64,000 bases of DNA. Origin: Microcoleus sp. (GTDB taxonomy: Bacteria > Cyanobacteriota > Cyanobacteriia > Cyanobacteriales > Microcoleaceae). Both the position numbers and the translations under genes were made by a program. This document shows positions 30,268 to 39,438 of the stretch, piece after piece. The DNA lies in contig CP181291.1 in assembly GCA_052279835.1 (NCBI GenBank), forward strand, positions 2,944,001-3,008,000, read 5' to 3'. Within the stretch, counting starts at the first letter, position 1. Every line of letters begins with the position of its first letter. The notes under the pieces are model-generated. The model was not told the origin of the DNA. It did not search any database and worked only from the letters and a program-made list of their open reading frames with translations.

Positions 30268-31599
30268 TCAATTGACTATTTCGCTACGAGATACCTTACT
30301 ATTTCTCGCAGGATTTGCTGTTAGTTCTGGCGGTGAGGCTGGAACTGCTCCCCATTCACTCAAAAAGCCTTTTAACAATACTTCTTGCTGAGTGCGCAAT
30401 ACCTCGACATTAGTGCCTCCATTCATAATTACAAACCAGACTGTTTGTTGTTTCTGGGTTGGTAATGCTCCCCCTAAAGCACTGACATTATCCAATGTTC
30501 CTGATTTGATTACTGCTAGTTTTGGCAAGGGTCTTTCTGACAGTATCCCTTTGTCTTTTCCTACTACGGTTAAAACATCGGCAACTGTCATATTATAAGG
30601 TTGAAGATAGCGTTCTAATGCTAAGAATAAACCGCAGGCGGCGCGAGGTGAAATCCGGTTGTCTTCGCTTAAGCCGGAACCGTTGACAAGTTGAATTTCT
30701 GCGGGGGGAACTCCTGTTGCTGCTGCTGCTTGTTGGGCGACAATTTTTGCGCCACCGACACTATCGGCTAACATATCTGCCATCAAATTGTTGCTGTACT
30801 GGTTCATTTTTTTGATGAGTTCAGCTAGGGGCAAAGAATAATGTTTAACTAAGGGTTTTACGCTGTCTGGAACTGCTGGCAAAACTTTGACAGTGCCCTC
30901 AATTGTTACTTGCGGTTTGGGGGTGTTGGGCGGCAGTGTTTGATGCTGGGCTGCTGGTTCGGCAGACCAGATTTGGCTGTTCAATCCTTCTTTGAGTAAT
31001 TCTCCTGATTTCAGGGGGTTTGATTCAAAGTTCATGTAAAATTTATCGGCGATGATGAGGTTGCCGGTTACTCGTTTGATGCCTTTTTGATTTAAGGTGT
31101 TTCCTAGGGCGATCGCCTCTTCCCACACAAAAAATGGATCTTGGCTTCCTTGGATAATTAAGTCGCCTTTTAATACGCCGTTTTCGATATTTCCGGTTGT
31201 GCCAATTAAGGTGATAAATTCATGTTCTGGTCCGAATTTTTCCAGGGCTGCGAGGGATGTTGCTACTTTGGTGATTGAAGCGGCGGGCAGAGGTGTTGTT
31301 CCTTGATGATTTGCTAGTAATGTGTTTCCTGATTGTATCCAAATTCCTTGGTTTTCTTTGGCAAATCCTTGGGATGTTAAGCTGTTGAGGTACTGTTGGA
31401 TTTTGCTGTTTGTGGTGGTTGGCGGATTTTCGGCAGAGACTATTAATGGTCGATCAACTTTAATCGGCGATGGGGAAGCTGCGGTGACAGGAGTGGGAGA
31501 TGAAAGTTCGGGGGATGGAGTGGCTGCACATCCACTCATCAGTGTCATTAGCGCGATCGACTTTAAATAGCGCGTTTTTAGGATTATTTGAATTTGCAT
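30268..31599 (-). CDS. dacB: D-alanyl-D-alanine carboxypeptidase/endopeptidase (PBP4, peptidase S13), lipoprotein
   Basis: Lipobox MSGC; PAASITK, SNN, NGSGLS..NRISP, KSGTL motifs. Confidence 0.85.
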   Translation of the reverse strand: MQIQIILKTRYLKSIALMTLMSGCAATPSPELSSPTPVTAASPSPIKVDRPLIVSAENPPTTTNSKIQQYLNSLTSQGFAKENQGIWIQSGNTLLANHQGTTPLPAASITKVATSLAALEKFGPEHEFITLIGTTGNIENGVLKGDLIIQGSQDPFFVWEEAIALGNTLNQKGIKRVTGNLIIADKFYMNFESNPLKSGELLKEGLNSQIWSAEPAAQHQTLPPNTPKPQVTIEGTVKVLPAVPDSVKPLVKHYSLPLAELIKKMNQYSNNLMADMLADSVGGAKIVAQQAAAATGVPPAEIQLVNGSGLSEDNRISPRAACGLFLALERYLQPYNMTVADVLTVVGKDKGILSERPLPKLAVIKSGTLDNVSALGGALPTQKQQTVWFVIMNGGTNVEVLRTQQEVLLKGFLSEWGAVPASPPELTANPARNSKVSRSEIVN

Positions 31600-31733
31600 C
31601 AGCTTTTTTTAATAGGACTTACATATAAATATCAAAGAAACCGGGTTGTTTACTCCTAGTTGAAGGCTGTTTAGGGGCAACCGGGTGTGGGATTGCCCCT
31701 ACCAAAATTTGTGAAATTTCTCGATCGACTGGT

Positions 31734-32070
31734 CTATCCAGCCAAACTACCTATACTTAAGGGTACCATCTCGCCGTGGGTGGTCAGTCCTAATAACATC
31801 GGCTCATTGGGGTCGGATCAATTTTCCTGTAAGGGCGCAGCGCTCCTCCTGCTGTGCTGTGGCATCAATGCTGGCTCGAATATCCGATCGCGAAAACATC
31901 TGGCGATACTCTCCAGACTTCTGCTGCACGTAATTCCAGAGCAAATCTCGAATCAACGCTTGATAGCCTTGATTTCCTGCGAGTTCTTTGAGTCTTTCTT
32001 TGAGATCCCTCTCCAGTCGAATGCTGGTAACTTCCATTTCGGTGGTTGAAGTTCTAGGTAGGGTATGCAT
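31734..32070 (-). pseudogene. trcR: Ribbon-helix-helix repressor, TrcR/All0854-like, with an apparent +1 frameshift near the 3' end
   Basis: RHH N-terminus (VTSIRLERDLKERLKELA..GYQALIRDLLWNYV). The ORF stops at 31804, but deleting one base from the G4 run at 31809-31812 gives ...RPNEPMLLGLTTHGEMVPLSIGSLAG* ending at 31734 (337 nt = 112 codons + 1). Synteny with HNH and alr0857-family genes matches my recollection of the Anabaena all0854-alr0856-alr0857 locus. Confidence 0.7.
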
Positions 32071-32091
32071 ATTTTTTTCTCCGTGACGGGG

Positions 32092-32120
32092 TGGACATAT
32101 GTGTAATATCAGTGTAGTAT
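32092..32120 (+). promoter_or_regulatory. Sigma70-type promoter with overlapping putative TrcR operator
   Basis: TGGACA-N17-TAGTAT. GTAATATCAGTGTAGTAT (32103-32120) covers the spacer and -10 and resembles the TrcR box as I recall it (unverified). Confidence 0.6.
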
Positions 32121-32126
32121 GTTTAC

Positions 32127-32502
32127 AGCTAGATTTAAACCTCTCTTAGGACTTTCCGCCTTCTGTGAAATTTCTCCCCCCCTACTCCAACTATCAACCC
32201 AAGTGCGATCGCCCCGAAGATCGTCCCCAATCCTCACGGTGCCACGTCAGGACTGGATTTGTGGTGGTAACAGAAACGTCGTTGACTGGCGAGAGCCTGT
32301 TTAAAGGCGGTTATATTGGATTAGGACAAGTTGCAGAAATTAATCATAAAGACCTAGGCCGAGACGGTCTGGAAGTGGCACAGCCACAGGGAAATGTGCG
32401 AAGCGGGAGGTACTGCTAAACGACAGTACCAGGATAGGATGAAAATTTGCCTTTAGCAGTTTTTCTAGCCCCCGCTTTCCACTAAGAGAAGCGGGGGCTT
32501 TT
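32127..32502 (+). ncRNA. Putative structured ncRNA / cis-regulatory leader (family unidentified)
   Basis: Lies between the promoter and a strong hairpin. Contains several stems (GGC-GAGA-GCC, CTAGGCCG/CGGTCTGG, GTGGC/GCCAC, GGTACTG/CAGTACC) and long-range pairs (CCGCCTT 32156-62 with AAGGCGG 32304-10). Confidence 0.6.
32467..32502 (+). terminator. Intrinsic terminator / attenuator hairpin upstream of the HNH gene
   Basis: AGCCCCCGCTTT-CCACTAAGA-GAAGCGGGGGCT followed by TTT; the U-tract is short. Confidence 0.7.
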
Positions 32503-32646
32503 GATGAGAAATGTGACAGATTCCCTGATATCTCAAATCTTAAATTGACTGACTTGGGGAACTAGCCAGAAATGAGATTTCGCCACCATTGGCGATAAAT
32601 CTCATATCCCAATCCAACATCCAAAATTGATGAGGAGAAGCAAGCC

Positions 32647-33162
32647 ATGACTGTAGCAACTGATGTATTAAGGCAATCTGTAGTAGTGTTTTCTAAAAAT
32701 TATCTGCCGATGAGCCGTGTCAACATCAAACGGGCGATCGTACTTTTAGTCACAGGCAAAGCTGAACCTCTCGATTTTACTACTGGCAATGGCTGGTTGG
32801 TGCGATCGCCCAGCACAGCGATTCATGTACCCGAACACATCCGTTTAACTTTGGCAGACAGGGAACGTCTTTGGAAAGTGCCCCCGGTGAATCGCCGGGA
32901 AGTCTTGCGCCGGGATGGTCATTGTTGCCAATACTGTGGTAGTAACAAGCGTTTGACCCTTGACCATGTGATGCCTCGCTCCAAGGGTGGTTTGCATACC
33001 TGGGACAACGTGGTGGCTGCTTGCGAAGGCTGTAATTCTCGTAAAGGCGATCGAACTCCCATAGAAGCTGGAATGCCTCTGCGGGCTAAGCCAAAGGCGC
33101 CCATGCACCCTACTGTTGCTTTTGCTGAAATGTTTTGGCACGAACATCAAATAGGTGAATAG
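32647..33162 (+). CDS. HNH endonuclease (McrA-like, Alr0856-type)
   Basis: RREVLRRDGHCCQYCG, LTLDHVMPRSKGG, WDNVVAACEGCNSRKG; RBS GAGGAG upstream. Confidence 0.92.
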   Translation: MTVATDVLRQSVVVFSKNYLPMSRVNIKRAIVLLVTGKAEPLDFTTGNGWLVRSPSTAIHVPEHIRLTLADRERLWKVPPVNRREVLRRDGHCCQYCGSNKRLTLDHVMPRSKGGLHTWDNVVAACEGCNSRKGDRTPIEAGMPLRAKPKAPMHPTVAFAEMFWHEHQIGE

Positions 33163-33240
33163 GGCAATGGGCCAGGGGGGTCAGGGGGGTTCCCGATTCC
33201 CGATTTCAAATTTTCAATTCCAAATTTTAAGGCTGTCAAT

Positions 33241-33639
33241 ATGCTGAAGTTGACTTACACTGAAACGGGCTTTAACCTAGAGCGTTTGGCTCAATCTCCC
33301 GAACAGTTGGTGGCGCTGCGAGTTGTGCTGGCTATGCGAGTTGGTCAAAGCATTAGCGTCGAACCGAGCACTGCGGCGTTTTTGCTGCCGGCAAATTTAC
33401 CAGCGCTGTCTTTGCTAGAATCGGAAGTCCGCGCCGACGGCAGTGGTACTATCGCCCTTTGTGTTGCTGATGCTGAATATGTAGAAGTAAGTTTGCGCGG
33501 TACATGGATTGGAACAGAGTCTGAGGACGCTGATGGGGTGTTTGTGACTGTTCTGGGCGATCGTGCGGAGTTCTTGTTACTCAAACTCTGGCTGGAAACT
33601 CAACCTGTTAATTCGATTGTCGAGGAAGTCGGCGATTGA
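33241..33639 (+). CDS. alr0857-family protein (function unknown)
   Basis: MLKLTYTE.GF.LERLAQS.E..VA.RV.LA.RVG N-terminus characteristic of this cyanobacterial family; follows the HNH gene. Confidence 0.75.
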   Translation: MLKLTYTETGFNLERLAQSPEQLVALRVVLAMRVGQSISVEPSTAAFLLPANLPALSLLESEVRADGSGTIALCVADAEYVEVSLRGTWIGTESEDADGVFVTVLGDRAEFLLLKLWLETQPVNSIVEEVGD

Positions 33640-33720
33640 AATTAAAGGCAGAATTCGCTCTGTTAAACCTACAAAACGATGATTGTTTAGGGGCTGTGCC
33701 TTTCTTTGCCGGCCCTCCTG

Positions 33721-33850
33721 ATATAAAATCCTCTCTTCATCGTCCTGTATTAAACTCTCTCTTCTCTTCCTTCGCGCCCTACCCTACGGGAACTGCTTCG
33801 CCGAACGCGCCTTCGCGGTTAAATCATTCCGATACAACCGGAATTGATAT
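33721..33850. mobile_element. MITE-like element related to 7081-7183
   Basis: Identical 34-bp right end GGTTAAATCATTCCGATACAACCGGAATTGATAT; degenerate left end ATATAAAATCC; internal CTTCGCG repeat variant. Confidence 0.6.
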
Positions 33851-33933
33851 CATCCAGGATTTTGGATGTGTTTCAGGGATTGGGGCAGCCACTATGCGCT
33901 ACCTCTACAATAGCAATGTTACAGCCCTGCCCA

Positions 33934-36039
33934 TCACGGTGTATAAATGATATTGAAGTAAATCCCCGAATCTTGAAGATTGTCTCCGCGATCGCTAATT
34001 CTCACCAAAGGCAAAGCGTATTCTAAGCGGACATTCACTCGCGGTATCGGTTCCCAAAGTACACCCAAACCCAAACCAGCTAAAAATGTCTGATTGGTTA
34101 ATTTATTAGGATTATTGGGAACATTCCACACTGTCCCAGCATCAAAAAACGGTGCTAATTGAAGTTTCGGAATACCCGAAGCATCCCTCTTTAAAGTAAT
34201 CCGATCTTCAATGGAAAATCGAACGCCATTATCGCCCGAACGGACATTTTGGCGATAGCCTCGCAAAGATTGTCCTCCACCAATTACAAATTGCTGGGAA
34301 GACAACAAACTATTAGCTGATAACTGCAAGTCTGCTTGCACAATTAATAAATGTTGGTTGTTCAATCGCTGTACCCGCTGCACTTGACCTAGCCAACTCA
34401 AAAATTGCCCGTCGGGCACAGAACCTTCGTTGCTGGTGGCATCAAGCAAGCTAGTGCCGATCGTAAATTGCGATCGCAGGGCCCAGGCACCTTGGGGATC
34501 GCGCCGAACGTAGTCTTGTCCCAGTTTAATTGCTGTCGTAGTGCTGACACCGTTGGAGTCCGGGCCCATACCAAAAGGAGTCGGTTTCCCCGCCACGAAA
34601 GTGCGGCCTGTTTGATAAGTTAAACCCCCAGATAAGGCAAATTCTTCGATGGGCGATCGCACTAAGGGCTGGCGATAGCTAACTTCAAATAAATGGGATT
34701 TTCCCGATATATCAAAAGCGTCAAAAGGTGCTTGCACGATACTATTCCGATTCGGTGCAGCCCTCAGTTGCAAAGTACCATTCATCGCATTCAGCGGGAT
34801 GCGGTAGCTAAAATCAAATACGTCTGAATCGCCGATCGATCGGTAATAAGCAGCCGCCAGTTCATCGCCATTTCCGGTGATATTCCGGTGGCGTAAACTG
34901 ACTCCCAATCTTTCAGAACCGACGCTGGGAGGCGAGTAATTGTCAATACTCACACTAGCTTGAAACGGATTAGCTTCCGAGACGCGAACGATGAGAATGC
35001 TCTCCCCCTCATTATCACCCGCTCGCAGTCTAGCTTCTACATTGTCAAATAAAGGATCGACTCGCAGCAGGCGCAGTTGGTCTTCTAAGGAAGCTGTGCT
35101 TAAAGGCATTCCGGCACCGAGTCTAATCCGGCTGCGGATGTAAGCTGGATGCAATCTTTTAGTTCCTTCGACCTCAATTTTGCTGAGTTTGCCTTCGATC
35201 ACTTGAATCTGGACTACCCCTGCGGTGATAGTTTGGGGCGGTAAGACCGCTCTGGAGGTGATGTAGCCTCGATTCAGGTAAATTTCAGTAATTTTGTCGG
35301 CGACCTGCTTGAGTTGTTCTAGGGTGGCAGAACGCCCCTCTAAGGGATTGACTAAGGCTTTAATTTCGTCGGCGTTTAAAATCGTACTCCCAACTACTTG
35401 AATTTTTTGAACTTGAATCAGATCCGAAGGTAGTGGCTGGGGAAGTGGCTGTGGTGATGGTGGCTGAATTTGTGGCGGTGCTGGGGGAGGTTCTGGGGAA
35501 GGTGGCTGTGTGGGTTGCAGAAAGCGATCGCGATTTGGATCTGCCCCTGTCGGTGGCGCTGGCAGATTTCTGGGTTCTGTCTGTGAATTCTGGGCTAAAA
35601 AATTAAAATTTCGCTGATTTTGGGGCGATAAATTATTGTCAATCTGTGGTTTTATGGCGGGCAAAATTGCGCTATTTCCAGCATTTTTATTAATTTTCCC
35701 AATAGCCTCTAGCTGTTTTTTTACTGTCAAATCCCCACGCTCACTAGCAGTTTCATTAATCAGGGAAATTGATTCTTGTCTGTTATCTACTAGCTGGTTT
35801 GTGGTGGGCAATATATCATCATCAACATTTGTTTGAATGGTAGAACCGAGATTTTGTATGATTTCTCCTAGGCGAGCTGGTGCCTGTGCCCTATGCTGTG
35901 AGTTGGAATATATGGCGGGCAACTGAGAAATATCGGCAGTTTGGGATCTAGCTGGATGGGCATAGGAGGGAATCATCGAGACTGTACTTAGCAGTGAGGT
36001 CCCAACCCGAAACATAACAATATTGACAGTGCGGCGCAT
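33934..36039 (-). CDS. ShlB/FhaC/HecB-family (TpsB) outer-membrane secretion protein
   Basis: Pro-rich linker, POTRA domain (YLNRGYITSRAVLPPQ..GVVQIQVIEG), IGGGQSLRGY loop-6 motif, beta-barrel C-terminus. Confidence 0.9.
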   Translation of the reverse strand: MRRTVNIVMFRVGTSLLSTVSMIPSYAHPARSQTADISQLPAIYSNSQHRAQAPARLGEIIQNLGSTIQTNVDDDILPTTNQLVDNRQESISLINETASERGDLTVKKQLEAIGKINKNAGNSAILPAIKPQIDNNLSPQNQRNFNFLAQNSQTEPRNLPAPPTGADPNRDRFLQPTQPPSPEPPPAPPQIQPPSPQPLPQPLPSDLIQVQKIQVVGSTILNADEIKALVNPLEGRSATLEQLKQVADKITEIYLNRGYITSRAVLPPQTITAGVVQIQVIEGKLSKIEVEGTKRLHPAYIRSRIRLGAGMPLSTASLEDQLRLLRVDPLFDNVEARLRAGDNEGESILIVRVSEANPFQASVSIDNYSPPSVGSERLGVSLRHRNITGNGDELAAAYYRSIGDSDVFDFSYRIPLNAMNGTLQLRAAPNRNSIVQAPFDAFDISGKSHLFEVSYRQPLVRSPIEEFALSGGLTYQTGRTFVAGKPTPFGMGPDSNGVSTTTAIKLGQDYVRRDPQGAWALRSQFTIGTSLLDATSNEGSVPDGQFLSWLGQVQRVQRLNNQHLLIVQADLQLSANSLLSSQQFVIGGGQSLRGYRQNVRSGDNGVRFSIEDRITLKRDASGIPKLQLAPFFDAGTVWNVPNNPNKLTNQTFLAGLGLGVLWEPIPRVNVRLEYALPLVRISDRGDNLQDSGIYFNIIYTP

Positions 36040-36115
36040 AATTAATTGTTGCTGTTAAATAACTTTGTTTGCTGCTAGATCGCACCGGGTGCATTTGTGT
36101 TTTGCAAATATATTG

Positions 36116-36191
36116 GTAGGGGCGAAGCATTCCGGCTGTAAATCTCTGGTTATCACTAATAAATTGTCTGCCGGAATGCTATGGCCCATAC
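36116..36191. repeat. GTAG-type REP-like palindrome
   Basis: GTAGGGGCGAAGCATTCCGGC ... GCCGGAATGCTATGGCCCATAC imperfect inverted repeat. Confidence 0.65.
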
Positions 36192-36446
36192 AAAATCGGG
36201 ATGCTCCCATCGCATCAGCCCATCTTTGAAGAAGACGTTAATGAAATATCTGTTCTGAGTTTTTACCCCCAAGTCTACACCTAAAATCTTGTGAGTGGCT
36301 TTAGGTGCTTGGGGAGGAGACTCTAGTGGAATATAGCGTTGCGCCAATTTTGGGCAACTGCTCGGATTTGACTTCAATCTGGCAGCTCACAGTCAGGACT
36401 TATTTGAGAGTTCTACAAGTTTCACCTTTTGAACAAAAAGTTGGGT

Positions 36447-37307
36447 TTATTTTGGCTTTTCAAAATTTAAATTAGTTGGGACTAATGGTGCTTGGGAAAT
36501 TGTGCCTAATTCTACCGAACTCAACATTTCTGACCACTGGAGTGCTAAGTGGGCATCGCTGGGAGAGGAGATCCGCAGTTGGGCTAGAGTTGCGAGGTAT
36601 TCGTACCAGATACCTTGTTGGGTAAAAATGCTGAGACGATCGTGCCCAGACGATCGCTCCAACTCGGTTTTCAAGCTTGGGGCGAGTGCAGTACGGTTGA
36701 TCCACCCGGAAACGAGAACATCCTCTTGAGAGTTTTGGGGGTTGCATTTGATCGAAAAGTACCAATGATAGTTTTTGCCCACTTCCAAGACTGGCGAAGT
36801 GCCGTCTTTGGCAAGGCTCACATTAACGATACCAGCACGGCTAGTTACCATGTGAAAACTTTTTTTGTAAATTGTTTTGTCTTTTTCGTCAGCCAACTCA
36901 AACTCGACTTTTTTGTCCACAGCTACGGGAACATAGTAGAAAAAAGTCGGTTTGGGTGAAAGGGTTCGCCCCATAGTTGATTTGGGAATCAAGGCTGTGG
37001 TGGAAGAAGGACAATTTGAGCCCCGTGTTCCTCCGCCTTCCCGCCGCCCAGGTACTCCCTGTTCGGGTGGTTGAAAATTATTCCAAGTCATTCCTATGGG
37101 CTGGCTGTTGAGTCTTGTTCCGGTTTGGGAGGAAAATTGAACTGTTTGCCACTGTAAGGGTAGATATTGGATGTCAGGGCGACTGACGCTGTTTGTGGGA
37201 CTGTTAAGAGCCTTTGCTGGTATGGAGAAATTAACGGTGGCAACTGCCTCCAAAGACAGAATTAAGGAAAGGGCCACGGTATTTAGATGACACTTTGTCC
37301 AAGCCAT
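36447..37307 (-). CDS. DUF928 domain protein (secreted)
   Basis: PGRREGGGTRG..C, TLSPKPTFFYYVP, LEVGKNYHWYFSIKC, GIWYE.L..LA.LR motifs; ATG at 37307. Confidence 0.85.
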   Translation of the reverse strand: MAWTKCHLNTVALSLILSLEAVATVNFSIPAKALNSPTNSVSRPDIQYLPLQWQTVQFSSQTGTRLNSQPIGMTWNNFQPPEQGVPGRREGGGTRGSNCPSSTTALIPKSTMGRTLSPKPTFFYYVPVAVDKKVEFELADEKDKTIYKKSFHMVTSRAGIVNVSLAKDGTSPVLEVGKNYHWYFSIKCNPQNSQEDVLVSGWINRTALAPSLKTELERSSGHDRLSIFTQQGIWYEYLATLAQLRISSPSDAHLALQWSEMLSSVELGTISQAPLVPTNLNFEKPK

Positions 37308-37746
37308 GATTGACCAGCCTTCTGATAAACCTAGAACTTTATCGTATGATTTTATTCTACCCAAAGTTTGTCTAGATATAGTAATCTGTTGTACTTAATT
37401 TATATCTTCAGGTAGATACTATTAATTTTGAGGATCTGACACATATATAATCCTGTGTGGCGATCGACCGTGGTAGCTTAGTATTTATACTGAGTTGAAT
37501 TCATCACAACAGGTTGAGTTGAGGGAGTTAAATCTGATATCAGGCATCATCTGAGCTCAACCCAAATTTAACTGACTCTGCCGTACCACTAAACAGGAGT
37601 GGAACTCTCAGAGTCCGATCGCTTTGATGGCAATTGGGCCTCCTCCAAGTCAGCAATTTTGCAGATGGACTTTCGGAGTTTGGCTACCGGTAACAATTTT
37701 AGTTTTCGGTTTTGGTTTTCTGTAAAGTATCGGCCATATATTTAGC

Positions 37747-39438
37747 ATGAATCTCGATTCACCAATTCTATGTGACCAACAGCCTTCGCGGCTGCGGATG
37801 GTCAGACCCATCGGAGTCTACGCACTGCACGGCATTACGTTTTTAGGAAATAGATTGTTCGCTGTCGATCGGACAGAAGGGCTACTATTGGAGATCGATC
37901 GAGAAACTGACAACACTACCGTTTTAAATCCTTGTCAAACAGCTAAGTTTGCCGGTGCAACTGGCCTGGCTATCTGGGAAGATACCCTTTGGTTTGCAAG
38001 CGATGAGGATATTTGTTGCTGTCGGGGCGCCATTCGGGATGGAAAAGTCGGGGAACTGAAACCGGAACATTTTGTTTCCCTTTCTTATCCGGCTGACGGG
38101 ATTGCTGTGTGGCAATCTACACTTTATGTTACCTGTCAGAGACTTGGCTATATTCTGGTTTTTGACTGCAATACAGGGCGCGAGATTACTAGATTTTACG
38201 CTCCTGGTATTGGGGTAGAAAATATTACTGTCCGGAATGAAGAACTTTGGGTTTGCGACAAGACTGAGCAAACTGTTTACTGTTTAGAACGGGCAAATGG
38301 GGATGTTAAATTTAGCGTTTTGACACCATTTGAAAATCCTTCGGGCTTGGCTTTTCATCAGGATGCTGCAACTGGGGAAGAAGTTGTTTATGTGGCCTAT
38401 GCTGGAGATGAACTTTACATCCGGGATGACCCGAATTCGGCAGACCCTTTTCAGTTAACTAAGCGCGATCGCACTTTTATTCACCCTTTGTATTTTCACT
38501 ACAATCAAGCCGAAGGCTACGCTCTTTCCAACGGTTTTTTGATGGAAATGTCCTATGTCGAGGAACTGTCTCCCCTGGAGGAGGTAGCAATTGATAAATT
38601 GGAGTGGCGGATTGCTTTACCTTCGGAAACTCATCGGCAAAAGGTGAGGCAAATTACCCCGATTGGGATGCCTTTTACTGAGGAAATTCAGGAGGGCGAA
38701 CGGGTAGCGGTGTTTAAGTTCGATCGGCTTCATGCTGGAGAACGGCGAATTTTTGGCTGGAAGGCTTTGTTGGAAGTTCGAGCAATTAAGTATCAATTGT
38801 CGCCTAGGGATGTGGAAAAGATTCCTAAACTGTCGCCGGAGTTTGAAGCTAAGTATTTGGTGGATAACGATAATTTGGCGATGGATACGGAGATTGTGCG
38901 ATCGGCTGCAACGGCTGCTATTGGTTCAGAAACAAACATTCTCAGAAAATTACTGAGCATTCGTAATTTTGTTTATGACCAACTTGCTTACGGAATTAGA
39001 CCACATATCGACACACCAGATATTGTGCTGCGCCGTGGTATTGGTTCCTGTGGCGAATACGTGGGGGTTTTGTTGGCTTTAGCCCGGTTAAATGGCATTG
39101 CTTGTCGCACAATTGGACGGTACAAGTGTCCGGCTTTTGCTGACAGAAAAGGTTTGCCACTGGAACCAGATTTTAATCACGTTTGGCTGGAGTTTTACAT
39201 TCCGGGCTTTGGCTGGGTACCGATGGAATCAAATCCTGATGACATCCAAGAAAGAGGGCCTTATCCTTTGCGCTTTTTTATGGGTTTAGCTTGGTATCAC
39301 GTAGAAATTGGCAAGGGAATTCGCTTTCAAAGTCTGACAAGTGAGGGTCTTCCTGTGAAAAAAGAGAATGTTTCTGTGGGGAGTCTGGCAATTAATCATG
39401 TGAGGTTTACAATTTTGTCAGAGTTGCCAGCAATTTGA
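37747..39438 (+). CDS. Transglutaminase-like domain protein with N-terminal beta-propeller
   Basis: GSCGEY (Cys) and FNHVWLEFY..GFGWVP (His) motifs. Confidence 0.85.
   Translation: MNLDSPILCDQQPSRLRMVRPIGVYALHGITFLGNRLFAVDRTEGLLLEIDRETDNTTVLNPCQTAKFAGATGLAIWEDTLWFASDEDICCCRGAIRDGKVGELKPEHFVSLSYPADGIAVWQSTLYVTCQRLGYILVFDCNTGREITRFYAPGIGVENITVRNEELWVCDKTEQTVYCLERANGDVKFSVLTPFENPSGLAFHQDAATGEEVVYVAYAGDELYIRDDPNSADPFQLTKRDRTFIHPLYFHYNQAEGYALSNGFLMEMSYVEELSPLEEVAIDKLEWRIALPSETHRQKVRQITPIGMPFTEEIQEGERVAVFKFDRLHAGERRIFGWKALLEVRAIKYQLSPRDVEKIPKLSPEFEAKYLVDNDNLAMDTEIVRSAATAAIGSETNILRKLLSIRNFVYDQLAYGIRPHIDTPDIVLRRGIGSCGEYVGVLLALARLNGIACRTIGRYKCPAFADRKGLPLEPDFNHVWLEFYIPGFGWVPMESNPDDIQERGPYPLRFFMGLAWYHVEIGKGIRFQSLTSEGLPVKKENVSVGSLAINHVRFTILSELPAI

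Noticed and set aside
32165..32419. 84-aa ORF in the leader, and overlapping 32119-32304
   Set aside because: No clear RBS and no recognisable protein features; the region is better explained as structured RNA, though not excluded.
32127..33162. HEARO/IscB (OMEGA) element, group I/II intron, RNase P, SRP or ZTP riboswitch
   Set aside because: The HNH protein is only 171 aa with no PLMP or RuvC motifs. The RNA shows only short coincidental words (GACTGGCG, GTCAGGAC, GTGCCAC), not the full conserved cores. An Rfam search is still needed.
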